From Mobula hypostoma (taxonomy: Eukaryota), in assembly GCF_963921235.1 (NCBI RefSeq), contig NC_086097.1, positions 224,504,001 to 224,568,000 of the forward strand: a DNA stretch of 64,000 nucleotides, in the 5' to 3' direction. Position numbers and translations under genes: made by a program. Every line of letters starts with the position of its first letter. The stretch's first letter is position 1. Below are positions 49,277-61,900 of this stretch, piece by piece. Below the pieces are notes generated by a model. That model was not told the DNA's origin and did no database searches. It saw only the letters and a program-made list of their open reading frames with translations.

Positions 49277-51310
49277 AAGCGTTGAACGCCTGGCTCAGAG
49301 ATGGGGACCTCTTTCCAGAAGCAGGGGTTCCTCTTGACAATTCAGGTGGTTAACGCAAAAAAAATAACAAAAATACATATCAAAAGAGAAACAAGTTCAA
49401 ACTGATCAATGCAGAAAATGCCAAGAAAAATCAGAAACAATCCAACACATTACAGGATCCTGTAGCAGTTTAACTCAATCTGAATCCTTATACAGGCACA
49501 ATCAAGTGAGAAACATCATTCACCAAAATCTTGCTTTAAAAGACAACATACCTTACTATAAATACAAGCCTGGTCCAGTTTTAGAATCAGAGTCCAACAA
49601 ATTACATTACGACTAATCCATTATTATGGATGGGACAATCCATAATATAATAACTGTCTGAATATAATATTGCAGAATAAACAAGCAAGACCAATTTACT
49701 TAATAGATTTATTTATTTATTGAGATACGATAGGTGCAGGAGTAGGCCATTTGGCCCTTCGAGCCAGCACCGCCATTCACTGTGATCATGGCTGATCATC
49801 CACAATCAGTACCCTGTTCCTGCCTCCTCATATCCCTTGACTCTGCTATCTTTAAGAGCTCTATCTAACTCTTTCTTGAAAGAATCCAGAGAATTGGCCT
49901 CCACTGCCTTCTGAGGCAGAGCATTCCACAGATCCACAACCCTCTGTGTGAAAAAGTTTTTCCTCAACTTATTCTAAATGGGTCTACCCCTTATTCTTAA
50001 ACTGTGGCCTCTGGTTCTGGACTCCCACAACATCGGGAACATGTTTCCTGCCTCTAGCGTGTCCAATCCATTAATAACCTTATATGTTTCAATCAGATCC
50101 CCTCTCATCCTTCTAAATTCCAATGTATACAAGCCCAGTCGCTCTAATCTTTCAACATATGACAGTCTCGCCATCCCAGGAATTAACCCAGTGAACCTAC
50201 GCTGCACTCCCTCAATAGCAAGAATGTCCTTCCTCAAATTTGGAGTCCAAAATTGCACACAATACTCCAGGTGTGGTCTCACCAGGGCCTTGTACAACTG
50301 CAGAAGGACCTCTTTGCTCCTATACACAACTCCCCTTGTTATCAAGGCCAACATGCCATTAGCTTTCTTCACTGCCTGCTGTACCTGTATGCTTACTTTC
50401 AGTGACTGATGAACAAGGACACCCAGATCTTGTTGTACTTCCCCTTTTCCTAACTTGGCACCATTCAGATAGTAATCTGCCTTTCTGTTCTTGCCACCAA
50501 AATGGATAACCTCACATTCATCCACATTAAACTGCATCTGCCCACTCACCCAACCTGTCCAAGTCATCCTGCATTCTCATAACATCCTCCCCTCACTTCA
50601 CACTGCCACCCAGCTTTGTGTCATCCACAAATTTGCTAATGTTACTTTTAATCCCTTCATCTAAATCATTAATGTATATTGTAAATTGCTGCGGTCCCAG
50701 CACCGAGCCTTGCGGTACCCCACTAGTCACTGCCCACTAGATACAGCATAGAGTAGGCCCTTCCAGCTTATTGAGCTACACCATCTAACCTAATCACAGG
50801 ACAATTTACAATGACCAACCAACCGGTACGTCTTTGGACTGTGGGAGGAAACTTGAGCAGCCAGAGGAAACCCACGTGGTTACAGGGAGAACATACAAAC
50901 TCTTTACGGGCAGCAGTGGGAAATAAATCCAGGTCACCTGTACTGTAAATCGCTGTGCTAATCACTACGTTACCATGCCGTGATATAGCCATTCCAGATA
51001 CACACAGCATACAGAAATCAGTAAGTGAAAAACAGCAGAAATACGCTGAATTAAAAAAGGAAATTGGAAGACTATGGAACGTGAACAGGGTATACCTTGT
51101 CCTGGTCGTAATATTTACAACTGGTATCATCCCAAAGTTACAACACAATAATATTAAACAATTAGGGCTACTCAGCAATATTTATGTAAATGTCCAGAAA
51201 GGCACAATACTAAACAACTCTAGAATAGTCTGTAAGGTCCTAGTAATTGAGAAATGAGTGTGCTTATCTATACCAGTACCTCAGGTTTTACCAGCTGAGA
51301 AAAAATAAAA
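49277..51310 (+). mobile_element. R4/Dong-like (restriction-like endonuclease) non-LTR 3' fragment, split by a SINE+CR1 insertion (49709-50981)
   Basis: CRKCQEKSETIQHITGSC..RHNQVRNIIH (from 49410), ..IYLID | DIAIPDTHSIQKSVSEKQQKYAELKKEIGRLW..TTGIIPK..QKGTIL; A/TAA-rich tail. Confidence 0.8.
49729..50738 (-). mobile_element. CR1 5'-truncated copy nested in a SINE tail
   Basis: ORF 49974-50567; AGATAC duplicated at 49723-49728 and 50739-50744. Confidence 0.92.
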
Positions 51311-54300
51311 ATACAATATAATAAAAATAGATAAGCAATACATATCGCGAACATGGGATGAAGAGTCCTTGAAAGTGAATCTATAGGTTGTTGGGGCCTT
51401 CTTCCCTGTGTAATTTATCCTGTCCTATTACACCTGGGCAATTGTTGTGAATTGTCCCATCTGTAATAATGGATCTGTGTACTCACATTCCAGTGTCGAA
51501 GTTGAGATATGAAAAGTGTGGTGCACACCAGTTGACATAACGGCTACGTGCTCAGAGAAGTCAGGTCTCACACATAGAAGCTATTTCAAGTTGGATCATG
51601 TAATGCTGTTCACTGTTTATAATTGATCCTTCAATATATTTTAACTGCACAGTGACTGAAATATAATACATGTTTCCTGTGACTGAAATTCTAGGTAGGC
51701 AAGAACGTTACCTAAGAAAAAGGACTATCAGAAAATTAAGAAGTCCTTTCAACAGAAAAAACATTGTTCTAAGTTTTATTTCATCATATAAATCTTTGAA
51801 CACTTCATCCTTTTCTGGAGTGTTTAGTTGTCACAGTACAGCATGGCATAAGGAACAAATACTCATTTGTTCTGTGAAAAGTCTCGTAGAAGCCTTGAAG
51901 CTTACAGGAAGACCATTTTTTCTGTAAAATCTGTACTGTTCTGTCAAGCACTGGCAAACCATAACAGAAACACTCAGTGGAAAATCTATTCATTGCTCCT
52001 CAGTTGTGAGAAATTCAGATTTTGTTTTGCATTTTTAAAACTGTCGAGAGCAAGAATGAACAAAATCTCAGCAATCTCCTCTGTAGTTTCAAGCAAGAGA
52101 AATTATTCTCTGCCAAAAGTGTTGGTGTACAGGTCTAAATATGATGTAAATCCACTGAAATTAGATTATAATTGTTTATATCTCATTAGTATCTACTTGA
52201 ACAGCAAAAAGGAGCAGCACAGTGGAGCAACTAGTAGAGCTGTTTTCCCACAGTGATGTGGGTTCAATCCTGGCCTCTGGTTCTGTCTCTGTGGAGACTG
52301 CATGTTCTCCCGATGAGTGTTGTGGGCTTCCTTCAGGTGCTCTGCTTTACCTCCACATCCCAAAAACATGTGTGTTGGTAGGTTATTTGGCCCCAGGTTA
52401 TCTGCCTGGAGCTGGCAGGTGCTTACAGTAATATGCATTTTGAATTGAATCGACTTTCTTACTTACATCCTTCATATACATGAGGAGTAAAAATCTTTAC
52501 GCTATGTCTCTGTCTAAATGGCTCCCTCTAATGTAATGTTCACTCTCGGTGTACACTGGGAAGCCTAATGCATTAGAATAAAGAATTAGCCTAGAATTGG
52601 AAGAGCAATAAGAGATTTAAGACTTTCTTTAGTGTCTTCATTACCAAGAGGATCTTCAGTTGTCCCTGCTCTAAATTTCCCTGTTATGAATGGAATTTCA
52701 ACAATTTTTGATGTCCCATACATGCAAAGAATTGTAGCACACTTTTCTTATTAAATCAATAAAATAAAATATTAGTGCTGTTCATTTAGTATTCAAAATG
52801 CTGTTTTAAAATATAAAATTAACAGCATTGGTATTTTAAAATAACATGTATTTCACCTTATGGTCAAACTTAAAACTGCCTTAAACGTACATGTTTAGCC
52901 TGGACAAAAATCAAAATCTACAAAACCCTGTGGCAGCGGAAACAAAAACCCTTCTGCAACTGTTTTTTTCAATGTTGGGGTTCTAAAGGTCCACTGAGGT
53001 CAACTTTGCTTCAGGCAATAGAAGATATAGTGGTAGAAGTAGAACATGCAGCCAATCTGATATCTCCCTATTTACTTCACTGGCAATGTTAAAATTAGCC
53101 TTTTATCAGTTATTCCACCGCATAGTTGGAAAGCTATTTAATAAGCAAGAAAACGAGGCTTATTATCTGTTGGGTTAGTTAACAAGTTTAAGCTTGTTGA
53201 AAAATAAATTGTTTGGAAAACTGAACAGCTTCCTATGCAGTATAAAACATAATTGGTTAACTGTTTAATTTTACATTGCATTGTATTGTACCAAGCCTAC
53301 CAATAATATTGAATCTGTGCTTAAAATAACTTTGTAAGATTGATACGTAAAATGTGCCGCCGTAGATTTGCCATCCACTTTGAAATCCACAAGCTACTAT
53401 CAATTGAAAGTTGACTGTTTAAAGAGTACAATAATAATTTTACAACTGTGTTCCATGAGTGGTAAATAAAAATTGATGAAAAACTTTTTCTAGATTTCAT
53501 TGTTCGAAATGTCATTCGTAGCTGTGAGTTATTGTAAATTCTAATAGATCACACCAGGTATTTGTAACAAAAGTTGAACATCTTGGGTAAATTTTAAATA
53601 TCTTCAGCAGCTAATCAATTGGTGGTATTATATCAATCACTTGTTACACATCGCAAAAGGTTTTCTTCTCTATTGTCTTGAAGAGAAAGGAAAATTGAAC
53701 TGGGGGTAAGTTTTTGGCAACCATTCCCTCAGATAACTATTGATAATTCTGCTTGGTAGCTTGTCTTTATCATCATTCCCTCATCTTCTTTGTTTTTCTT
53801 TTCACTTATGTCTTGTTCTTTTCCTGTTACATTTTTCTCTTTCCCTTTACTTAATCCGCAATCTACACTTTATTTTGGAAAGTGATGTGACAATTGGCTA
53901 GGAATTGAAACAAGGGGAGGCTGATTTACTACTGCAATTCTGCCCATTACTCAATTCCAGCGGTGCTCAATTTACATGGACAGCCTTCTGCAGGGATCGT
54001 GACAAAGGCTGCAGATGCTGGAAATCTGGAACAACACAGAAAATGCAGGAGGAACTCAGTGGGTCAGGCAGCATCTACAGTGGGAAATGAATGGTCAAAC
54101 TTTCAGGAATAAGTAACTTTCTCATTAGTGTAACCAATAGGGTCAAACTGTCCAATCACAACCAAGATATCACTTCCATCTCTATTTATATTGTTGCCAT
54201 CAGCTTTTCAACTTGTCCACAAATTGCAATAGGTATAAGTTCTGAGCTGTGGTTTTTACTTAAATGCTATTTTGCTTTGATTGGCATCTTTTATTTTTGG

Positions 54301-55189
54301 CTAAGTTAATTTACAAGTAACTCCGAACAAATTAGGAGCATATGGGGAAGCACTCTCCTTGTGGATTGGTTGGTAGTGGTGGGTGTAATTCCTTCTGGAA
54401 ATTCCACTCTGGTAAGAGAAAGAGGAAGAGAAGCTGGAGAAAAGATCATCTGCAAGGGTCTAGGTCGTGGGTATCTTTCTGTCGGAATTCCTGGGCCTAG
54501 GACAATACTTCTCAATATTCTGAGAAGCAACGGATTACATGCACTGCAACAATGCAAGAAGCCAGGCTTCTCTGGGATGGCTGCCACGGTGCTGTGATCA
54601 CTCTTGCAACAAGATCTGTAGCAAAAACCATAGACTGAGTACTACATACATGCAGGGACTTTGCAACCCTGAACAACTTTGATCTTAGAAATCTCTGGTC
54701 TCCAAAACATTACTTTTTAAAAGCAGGAACACATGCAGCTACCATTGGAGCAAAGATTGACATTGGTGATATAAAAGAGAATAATAAGGAAGGCCTATAC
54801 TTACCAATGGGCATCCATGAACATCTGTAGAACTTTCACCTACACTCCAAACCCAACCCGCTCAGATAAACTATGATGCTTAAAGACTGGTACTGATATT
54901 TCTACAACTGATATTACATTGCCAGCAGCAATGGCATAAACACTTTGCAATGAAGATTTCAACCAAATTTACTATTTTGCTGAGTTACATGAATAAATTA
55001 GCAATGTGGACTTATTTCATTAGGTGCTCCACTGAGAATAATCCCCCCAGCTGACATTAACAGTTCACGATATCGCCACAAGACAATCATTCCAGCGGTC
55101 ACAAATGGCTTCTTTCTACACTCCTGATTCAGAAAGAAAAAAGAAAAGTATTTTTATAAATACTTCTCATAATCTTAAATCATTATCTT

Positions 55190-55445
55190 AGAAAAGTAAA
55201 GGACAGAAACAGTCACTTTGGCCCATCTAGTCTGTGCCTAATCCCATCGACCAGCACCAGGACCATAGCTCTCCATACCTCTATCATCCATGTACCTATG
55301 CAAACTTCTCTGAAACATTCACAATAAGCTGACAAGCACCACTTGTGCTGGCAGCTCGTTTCACACTCTCACAACCCTCTAAATGAAGAGATTCCCCCTC
55401 ATGTTCCCCTTAATCTTTTCACCTTTCACCCTTAACCCATGAAAG
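55190..55445 (-). mobile_element. CR1 3' end fragment
   Basis: Similar to the CR1 3' UTR at 36400-36660. Confidence 0.7.
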
Positions 55446-56587
55446 GTCTCAAATTGCTTTAGGTTAAAAGAATAGTTTTTGATATTTAGTTAGTATTATC
55501 AGAAGCACTGAAAACCAATATATAAGCATATATGCACAGCAAGATTTAAAAAAATGATTGTGATATAATGTCTACATTTACGATAACCTATCTTGGTGAT
55601 ACTGGTGATGAGGAACAACTGTGTCTGTTAGGAATCCAAGGTATAAACACACCCTTTTACAATAAATTGGCAGTTTAATGTGCTGCATAAAAGGTACCAT
55701 TTCCAACGATACATCACTCCCTCAGTAATACACAGCATCAAAGCAGAATGCACTTATTTTGCAACAAACCACATTAGCGGAAGTTTGAGAAGTTAATGTT
55801 CATGCCATCAGGTTGGAGGCGTCGTGCCCCTCCATTCCCTCCCCACCGATCTCCCTCCCGGCACTTATCCTTGTAAACAGAACAAGTGCTACACATGACC
55901 TTACACTTCCTCTCTCACTCTTCCTCCCTCGCTACCATTCAGGGCCCCAGACAGTCCTTCCAGGTGAGGTGACATTTCACCTGTGAGTCGGCTGGGGTGA
56001 TATACTGCGTACGGTTCTCCCGATGCAGCCTTCTATATTGGCGAGACCCAACGAAGGCTGGGAGACCATTTCGCTGAACACCTACGCTCTGTCCGCCAGA
56101 GAAAGCAGGATCTCCCAGTGGCTACACATTTTAATTCCACGTCCCATTCCCATTCTGATATGTCTATCCACGACCTCCTCTACTGTCAAGATGAAGCCAC
56201 ACTCAGGTTGGAGGAACAACACCTTATATTCCGTCTGGGTAGCCTCCAACCTGATGGCATGAACATTGACTTCTCAAACTTCCGCTAACCCCCACCTCCC
56301 CCTCATACCCCATCCATTATTTATTTATTGATATACAAACATTCTTTTTCTCTCTCTCCTTTTACTCCCTCTGTCCCTCTCACTATACCCCTTGCCCATC
56401 CTCTGGGATTCTCCCCCTCCCCATTTTCTTTATCCCTGGGCCTCCTGTCCCATGATCTCTCATATCCCTTTTGCCAATCAACTGTCCAGCTCTTGGCTCC
56501 ATCCCTCCCCCTCCTGTCTTCTCCTATCATTTTGGATCTCCCCCTGCCCCTCCCACTTTCAAATCTCTTACTAGCTCTTCTTTTAGT

Positions 56588-56625
56588 TAGTCCTGACGAA
56601 GGGTCTCGGCCCGAAACGTCGACTG
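56588..56625 (+). ncRNA. Minimal hammerhead ribozyme motif (PLE unit 1)
   Basis: UAGUC-CUGACGA-AGGGUCUCGGCCC-GAAA-CGUC/GACUG; predicted cut after 56620. Confidence 0.7.
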
Positions 56626-57252
56626 TGCCTCTTCCTAGAGATGCTGCCTTGCCTGCTGCGTTCACCAGCAACTACTGCGTCCGGTGCTCCCGATGTGGCC
56701 TTTTATATATTGGTGAGACCCGACGCAGACTGGGAGACCGCTTTGCTGAACATCTACGCTCTGTCCGCCAGAGAAAGCAGGATCTCCCAGTGGCCACACA
56801 TTTTAATTCCACATCCCATTCCCATTCTGACATGTCTATCCACGGCCTCCTCTACTGTAAAGATGAAGCCACACTCAGGTTGGAGGAACAACACCTTATA
56901 TTCCGTCTGGGTAGCCTCCAACCTGATGGCATGAACATTGACTTCTCTAACTTCCGCTAGGCCCCACCTCCCCCTCGTACCCCAGCTGTTACTCATTTTT
57001 ATGCACACATTCTTTCTCTCACTCTCCTTTTTCTCCCTCTGTCCCTCTGAATATACCTCTTGCCCATCCTCTGGGTCACCCCCCCCCCGTCTTTCTCCCT
57101 AGGCCTCCTGTCCCATGATCCTCTCGTATCCCCTTCTGCCTATCACCTGTCCAGCTCTCGGCTCTATCCCTCCCCCTCCTGTCTTCTCCTATCATTTTGC
57201 ATCTCCCCCTCCCCCTCCAGCTTTCAAATCCCTTACTCACTCTTCCTTCAGT

Positions 57253-57290
57253 TAGTCCTGACGAAGGGTCTCGGCCTGAAACGTCGACTG
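57253..57290 (+). ncRNA. Minimal hammerhead ribozyme motif (PLE unit 2)
   Basis: UAGUC-CUGACGA-AGG GUCUCGG CCU-GAAA-CGUC/GACUG; predicted cut after 57285. Confidence 0.75.
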
Positions 57291-57504
57291 CGCCTCTTCC
57301 TATAGATGCTGCTTGGCCTGCTGCGTTCACCAGCAACTTTGATGTACGTTGCTTGAATTTCCAGCATCTGCAGAATTCCTGTTGTTTACATCTCCTATAT
57401 TAGCTTTTCATTCTCAGGGAGAATAGAGCTAATGAACGGCAAATGGCTACACATTTACTGCTGGACACTTGCCGCCTTTGTACCGATGTGTCTAGAATCG
57501 TGTC

Positions 57505-57668
57505 ATAGCCATCCAGTTAGTAATCTCCGGATTGCTCCCTGTTCCACATGCTAGTGAGGGTAACAATAGGAGCATTCGGCAGATAAATGTGCGGCTGAGA
57601 AACTGGTGCAGGGAGCAGCGGTTCAGGTTTCTGGATAACTGGGGTCTCTTCTGCGGAAGGTACTGAGT
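57505..57668 (+). mobile_element. CR1 ORF1 (SGNH esterase-like) fragment
   Basis: VISGLLPVPHASEGNNRSIRQINVRLRNWCREQRFRFLDNWGLF. Confidence 0.75.
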
Positions 57669-58931
57669 TGTTATGTCTGTACATAATAAAGAACTTTAGT
57701 TCCCAGTGTGCAATACGGGTGATTCACACAGAACTGGAAGTGACGTTGGTGAACAGAACAGATAGACACACACGTGGGCCGAAGGCCCGGAGTAAAATGT
57801 GGTCAGGCAGAAGCCATGTCTGTCTCCTGTTAATAAAAACGATCTAGCATTTTACCCACGCACTTGTCTTTGTTAAAGAACAAACATAACATGGTGTCAG
57901 AAGTCGGCGTGAGATCTGAATACGGAGTGTAAATGTATACTGCGACTAAGAAAGAGACGGTAGGTTCTGATGGAGAGAAGCTGCCAGCGAGAGAGCACGC
58001 AGTCTCAAAGCTCACCAAGCAACTGAGGTGTGAGAAGACCGAAAAATTCTGTTATGGATAATCTAAGCCCACCCGCACCTATGCAGTTACTAGAAATCTA
58101 GCTGATAATTGGAAATGCTTCAAACAGTGATTCAACATATATTTTACAGTGAACAGAGCTGGTGGGGAAGGGGAAAAATTGAAAGCATCTTATCTTTCTA
58201 CACGTAATTGGCGAAGATGCTTTCTACATCTAAAACAGCTTTCAAATTGATGAGACATTTAAATTGAACACTCTGGTGAGAGGCATTGATCATGTGGATA
58301 GTCAGAAGCTTTTTCCCAGGGCTGAGATGGCTAACACAAGAGGGGACAGTTTTAAGGTGCTTGGTAGTAGGTACAGAGGAGATATCAGGGTTAAGTACTT
58401 TAACGCAGAGAGTTGTGAGTGCTTGGAATGGCCTGCTGGCGACGGTGGAGGTGGATACGATAGGGTCTTTTAAGAAACTCCTGGATAGGTACATGGAGCT
58501 TAGAAAAATAGAGGGCTATGGGTAACCCTAGGTAATTTCTAAAGTAAGTACACGTTCAGCACAGCATTGTGGGCTGAAGGGCCTGTATTGTGCTGTAAGT
58601 TTTCTATGTTTCTAAAATTTGAGGAGTATTTTGTCCCAAGTAATAACATCATATTTGAGAGACATAAGTTCTTCTCCTGCGAACAGAAACAAGGTGTTAG
58701 CTTTGATCAACACTTAGTTGAGCTTCACACACCAAGTAAATCCTGTGAGTTTGGAGATTTGAGAGACTCACTAGTTAAAGACAGAATAGTCTGTGGAATC
58801 CCAGATAACGGACTCAGAGAATGCCTGCTCCATGAAAAAGATATAACCCCGGAAAAGGCTGTGCATATATTATAGGGCAGTGGAGGTCACACACACACAG
58901 GCTAAGGACCTGCAAAGGACAGAGACAACAA

Positions 58932-61900
58932 TGTGGTAAACCATATATATATGTTGTAACTGGGTTAACTGTCTGGACACACCCCTCTGCTGACTGCCCC
59001 TGTGGCTCCTCCCACAGAGTCCTGTATAAAGGTGTTCGCCTTGCCCCTCCCCCTCAGTCCAGGGGCAGACACTCACTGTGGAGGTCGTATTGTACAGCGA
59101 ATAAAAGCCTTTCAGTATTTTACCAAACCTCAGTCTTTTGGAGTCATTGAAGGTGCTTCAATTTTATTCACTGTACATTTTAAAGCATGGAACATACACT
59201 GAGACCCGACAAATTAGACCTCAATCCGCAAACGCCAGGAGCTGGAAACGCTTTCGAACTCTGGCTGGCCTGCTTCGAAGCGTATCTAGAGGAGATTAAA
59301 GCGACCGACCCCGTAGCGAAGCACAGAGTTCTACTCTCCAGGGTCAGTCCACGGGTCTATTCGCTGATCAGAGACTAGCCGAACTACGACGGCGTGATGA
59401 ACACACTCAAAAGAAAATACCTGCGGCCAATGAACAGCGTCTATGCTCAGCACCGCTTAGCGACAAGCCAACAACGGCCTGAGGAGTCAAGTGCTGAGTT
59501 CGTCCGAGCCCTACAGACACTTGTGCGGCCTGCAATTGCCAGGAGCAAACTGTGGCGCAGCATGCAGAGCTCCTAGAGACGCCTTCGTCACGGGGACCAT
59601 GTCAGTGTACGTGCACCAGCAGCTGCTGGAAAAAGCCGATCTTACCCTAAGTTCGGCGATCAAGCTGGCTGATACGTTGGAGGCCGCTCTGCATAACTCT
59701 GAGGCTCTCCAGGCACGCGATCCCCTGATGGCCTCGTGGGCGCCGCAGACCCCGCAACTCGCCGGCGAATCGACCTCGGCTGCCGCCAGTCGTGAGTCCG
59801 CGAAGTGCTACTTCTGCGGACTGGAGAAGCACCCCCGGAAACGCTGCCCGGCCCGACAAGCTACCTGCTCCAGCTGCGGAAAGAAGGGCCACTTCGCCAA
59901 GGTCTGTAAGTCAAAACCGCGAGCGGGTTCGAGCAGCACCGCGTGCGAAACATGGAGGTCGCCGTCTTACCTGCCGCCATCTTCCCTGCCCGCCACCACC
60001 ATGTGCGAGACATGGTGGCGGCCATCTTGGTCGGCGCCACCTCCCACCGCCTACGACCAACGGGTGCTCACGGGGCACCCCACCACGCCGGACCAAGACA
60101 GCGACCCCACCCTGGCTTCCGTGACCCTCAACCAAAGCGCCCCCCCACCAACTCGCAAGGTCAATGATGGACATCCTGGTGGAGGGGCCCAGGACAAGTT
60201 GCCTGTTTGACACAGGCAGCATGGAGAGTTTTATCCACCCGGCCACGGTGCAGCATTGTGGACTCATGATACGGCGGGTAAGTCAGAGGATCACCATGGC
60301 TTCCCGGTCGCATACAACAGATATCCGGGGGGGTTGTGTAGCGACACTAGTGGTGCAGGGCACAGAATATTGAGACTTTACATTACTGGTTATGCCTCAA
60401 CTGTGTGCCCCTGTGCTATTGGGGCTCAACTTCCAGAGCCACCTGAAAAGTGTGACAATGGAGTATGATGGGCCCCTCCCACCAATTACTGTCATAAATC
60501 CCCAGTTTTGTAGGAATACGTCACATACCCCGTTACTGACCACATACACACACCACCCCGCACATCCCACCCAACACCATGCCAACAGCCGCACTTGCGG
60601 CCTCTCCACCCTCAGGATCCCTCCCCCACCGCTGTTTGCCAACCTGACCCCCGACTGTAAACCTGTGGCAACTAAAAGCAGGAGGTACAGCGCGGGGGAC
60701 AGAGCTTTCATTAAGTCGGAGGTGCAGCGGCTGCTCAGGGAGGGGGTCATTGAGGCAAGCACAAGTCCTTGGAGGGCGCAGGTGGTGGTTGTTCGGAACG
60801 GGGAGAAGAATAGGATGGTTGTGGACTATAGCCAGACCATCAATAGGTTCACGCAGCTTGACGCGTACCCTCAACCCTGCATCGTGGATATGGTCAATCA
60901 GATAGCACAGCACAAGGTGTACTCGACCATAGACCTAAAATCCGCTTACCATCAGCTCCCCATCCGCCGGGAGGACCACCCTTACACTGCCTTCGAGGCG
61001 GATGGCAGGCTTTATCAATTCCTGCGCGACCCCTTCGGTGTCACGAATGGTGTATCTGTCTTCCAGAGGGCAATGGACTGGATGGTGGACCAGTGCCAAC
61101 TGAAGGCCATGTTCCCATATCTGGATAACACCACCATCTGCAGTCACGACCAGCAGGATCACGACAACAACCTCCAAAAATTTCTCCAAGCGGCCAAATC
61201 TTTCAACCTCACCTATAACAAGGATAAGTGTGTATTCGGGACCACCCGACTTGCTATCCTTGGGTGTGTCGTGGCCCTGACCCCGACCGCATGCGCTCCC
61301 TGTTGGAGCTCCCTCTTCCCAACACCCTCACAGCCCTCAAAAGGTGCCTGGGCTTCTTTTCATATTACGCCCAATGGGTCTCTAACTACGCAGACAAGGC
61401 CCGCCCCCTGGTCAAGTCCACCACATTCCCCCTCTCAGCCGAGGCCCGTGCGGCCTTCAGTCGCATAAAAGGGGACATTGCCAAAGCAGCAATGCATGCG
61501 GTGGATGAGGCCATTCCCTTCCAAGTAGAGAGTGATGCCCTCGACTTCGCGCTGGCTGCTACCCTCAACCAGGCAGGAAGACCAGCGGCGTTCTTCTCCC
61601 GTACCCTTCAATGCCCTGAAATTCGGCACTCTGCGGTAGAGAAAGAGGCCCAGGCCATAGTGGAAGCTATTAGGCACTGGAGGCACTATCTCACTGGCAA
61701 AAGGTTCACCCTGCTAACTGACCAGCGCTCAGTCACATTCATGTTTAATAATCAGCAGCGGAGCAAAATCAAAAATGATAACATTCTGAGGTGGAGAATC
61801 GAACTCTCCACCTACAACTATGACATCATGTACAGGCCTGGGAAGCTCAATGAGCCCTCCGATGCCCTATCCCGGGGAACGTGCGCCAGCGCGCAGATCG

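Larger units (their letters stand above)
55774..57387 (+). mobile_element. Penelope-like element (Neptune-type) 3' region: inverted 5' piece (55774-55820) plus two tandem GIY-YIG/pLTR units (55821-56672; 56673-57387)
   Basis: Cys linker PCKQNKCY, HFTCESAGVIYC, CSRCGLLYIGETRRRLGDRFAEH...LEEQHLIFRLGSLQPDGMN (GIY-YIG) present twice; partial tandem plus inverted end is typical of PLEs. No RT domain present. Confidence 0.92.

Noticed and set aside
56328..56960. 210-aa ORF as a novel membrane protein-endonuclease gene
   Set aside because: It is a chance read-through of a pyrimidine-rich PLE spacer and tail into a truncated GIY-YIG, starts at TTG, and has no exon structure.
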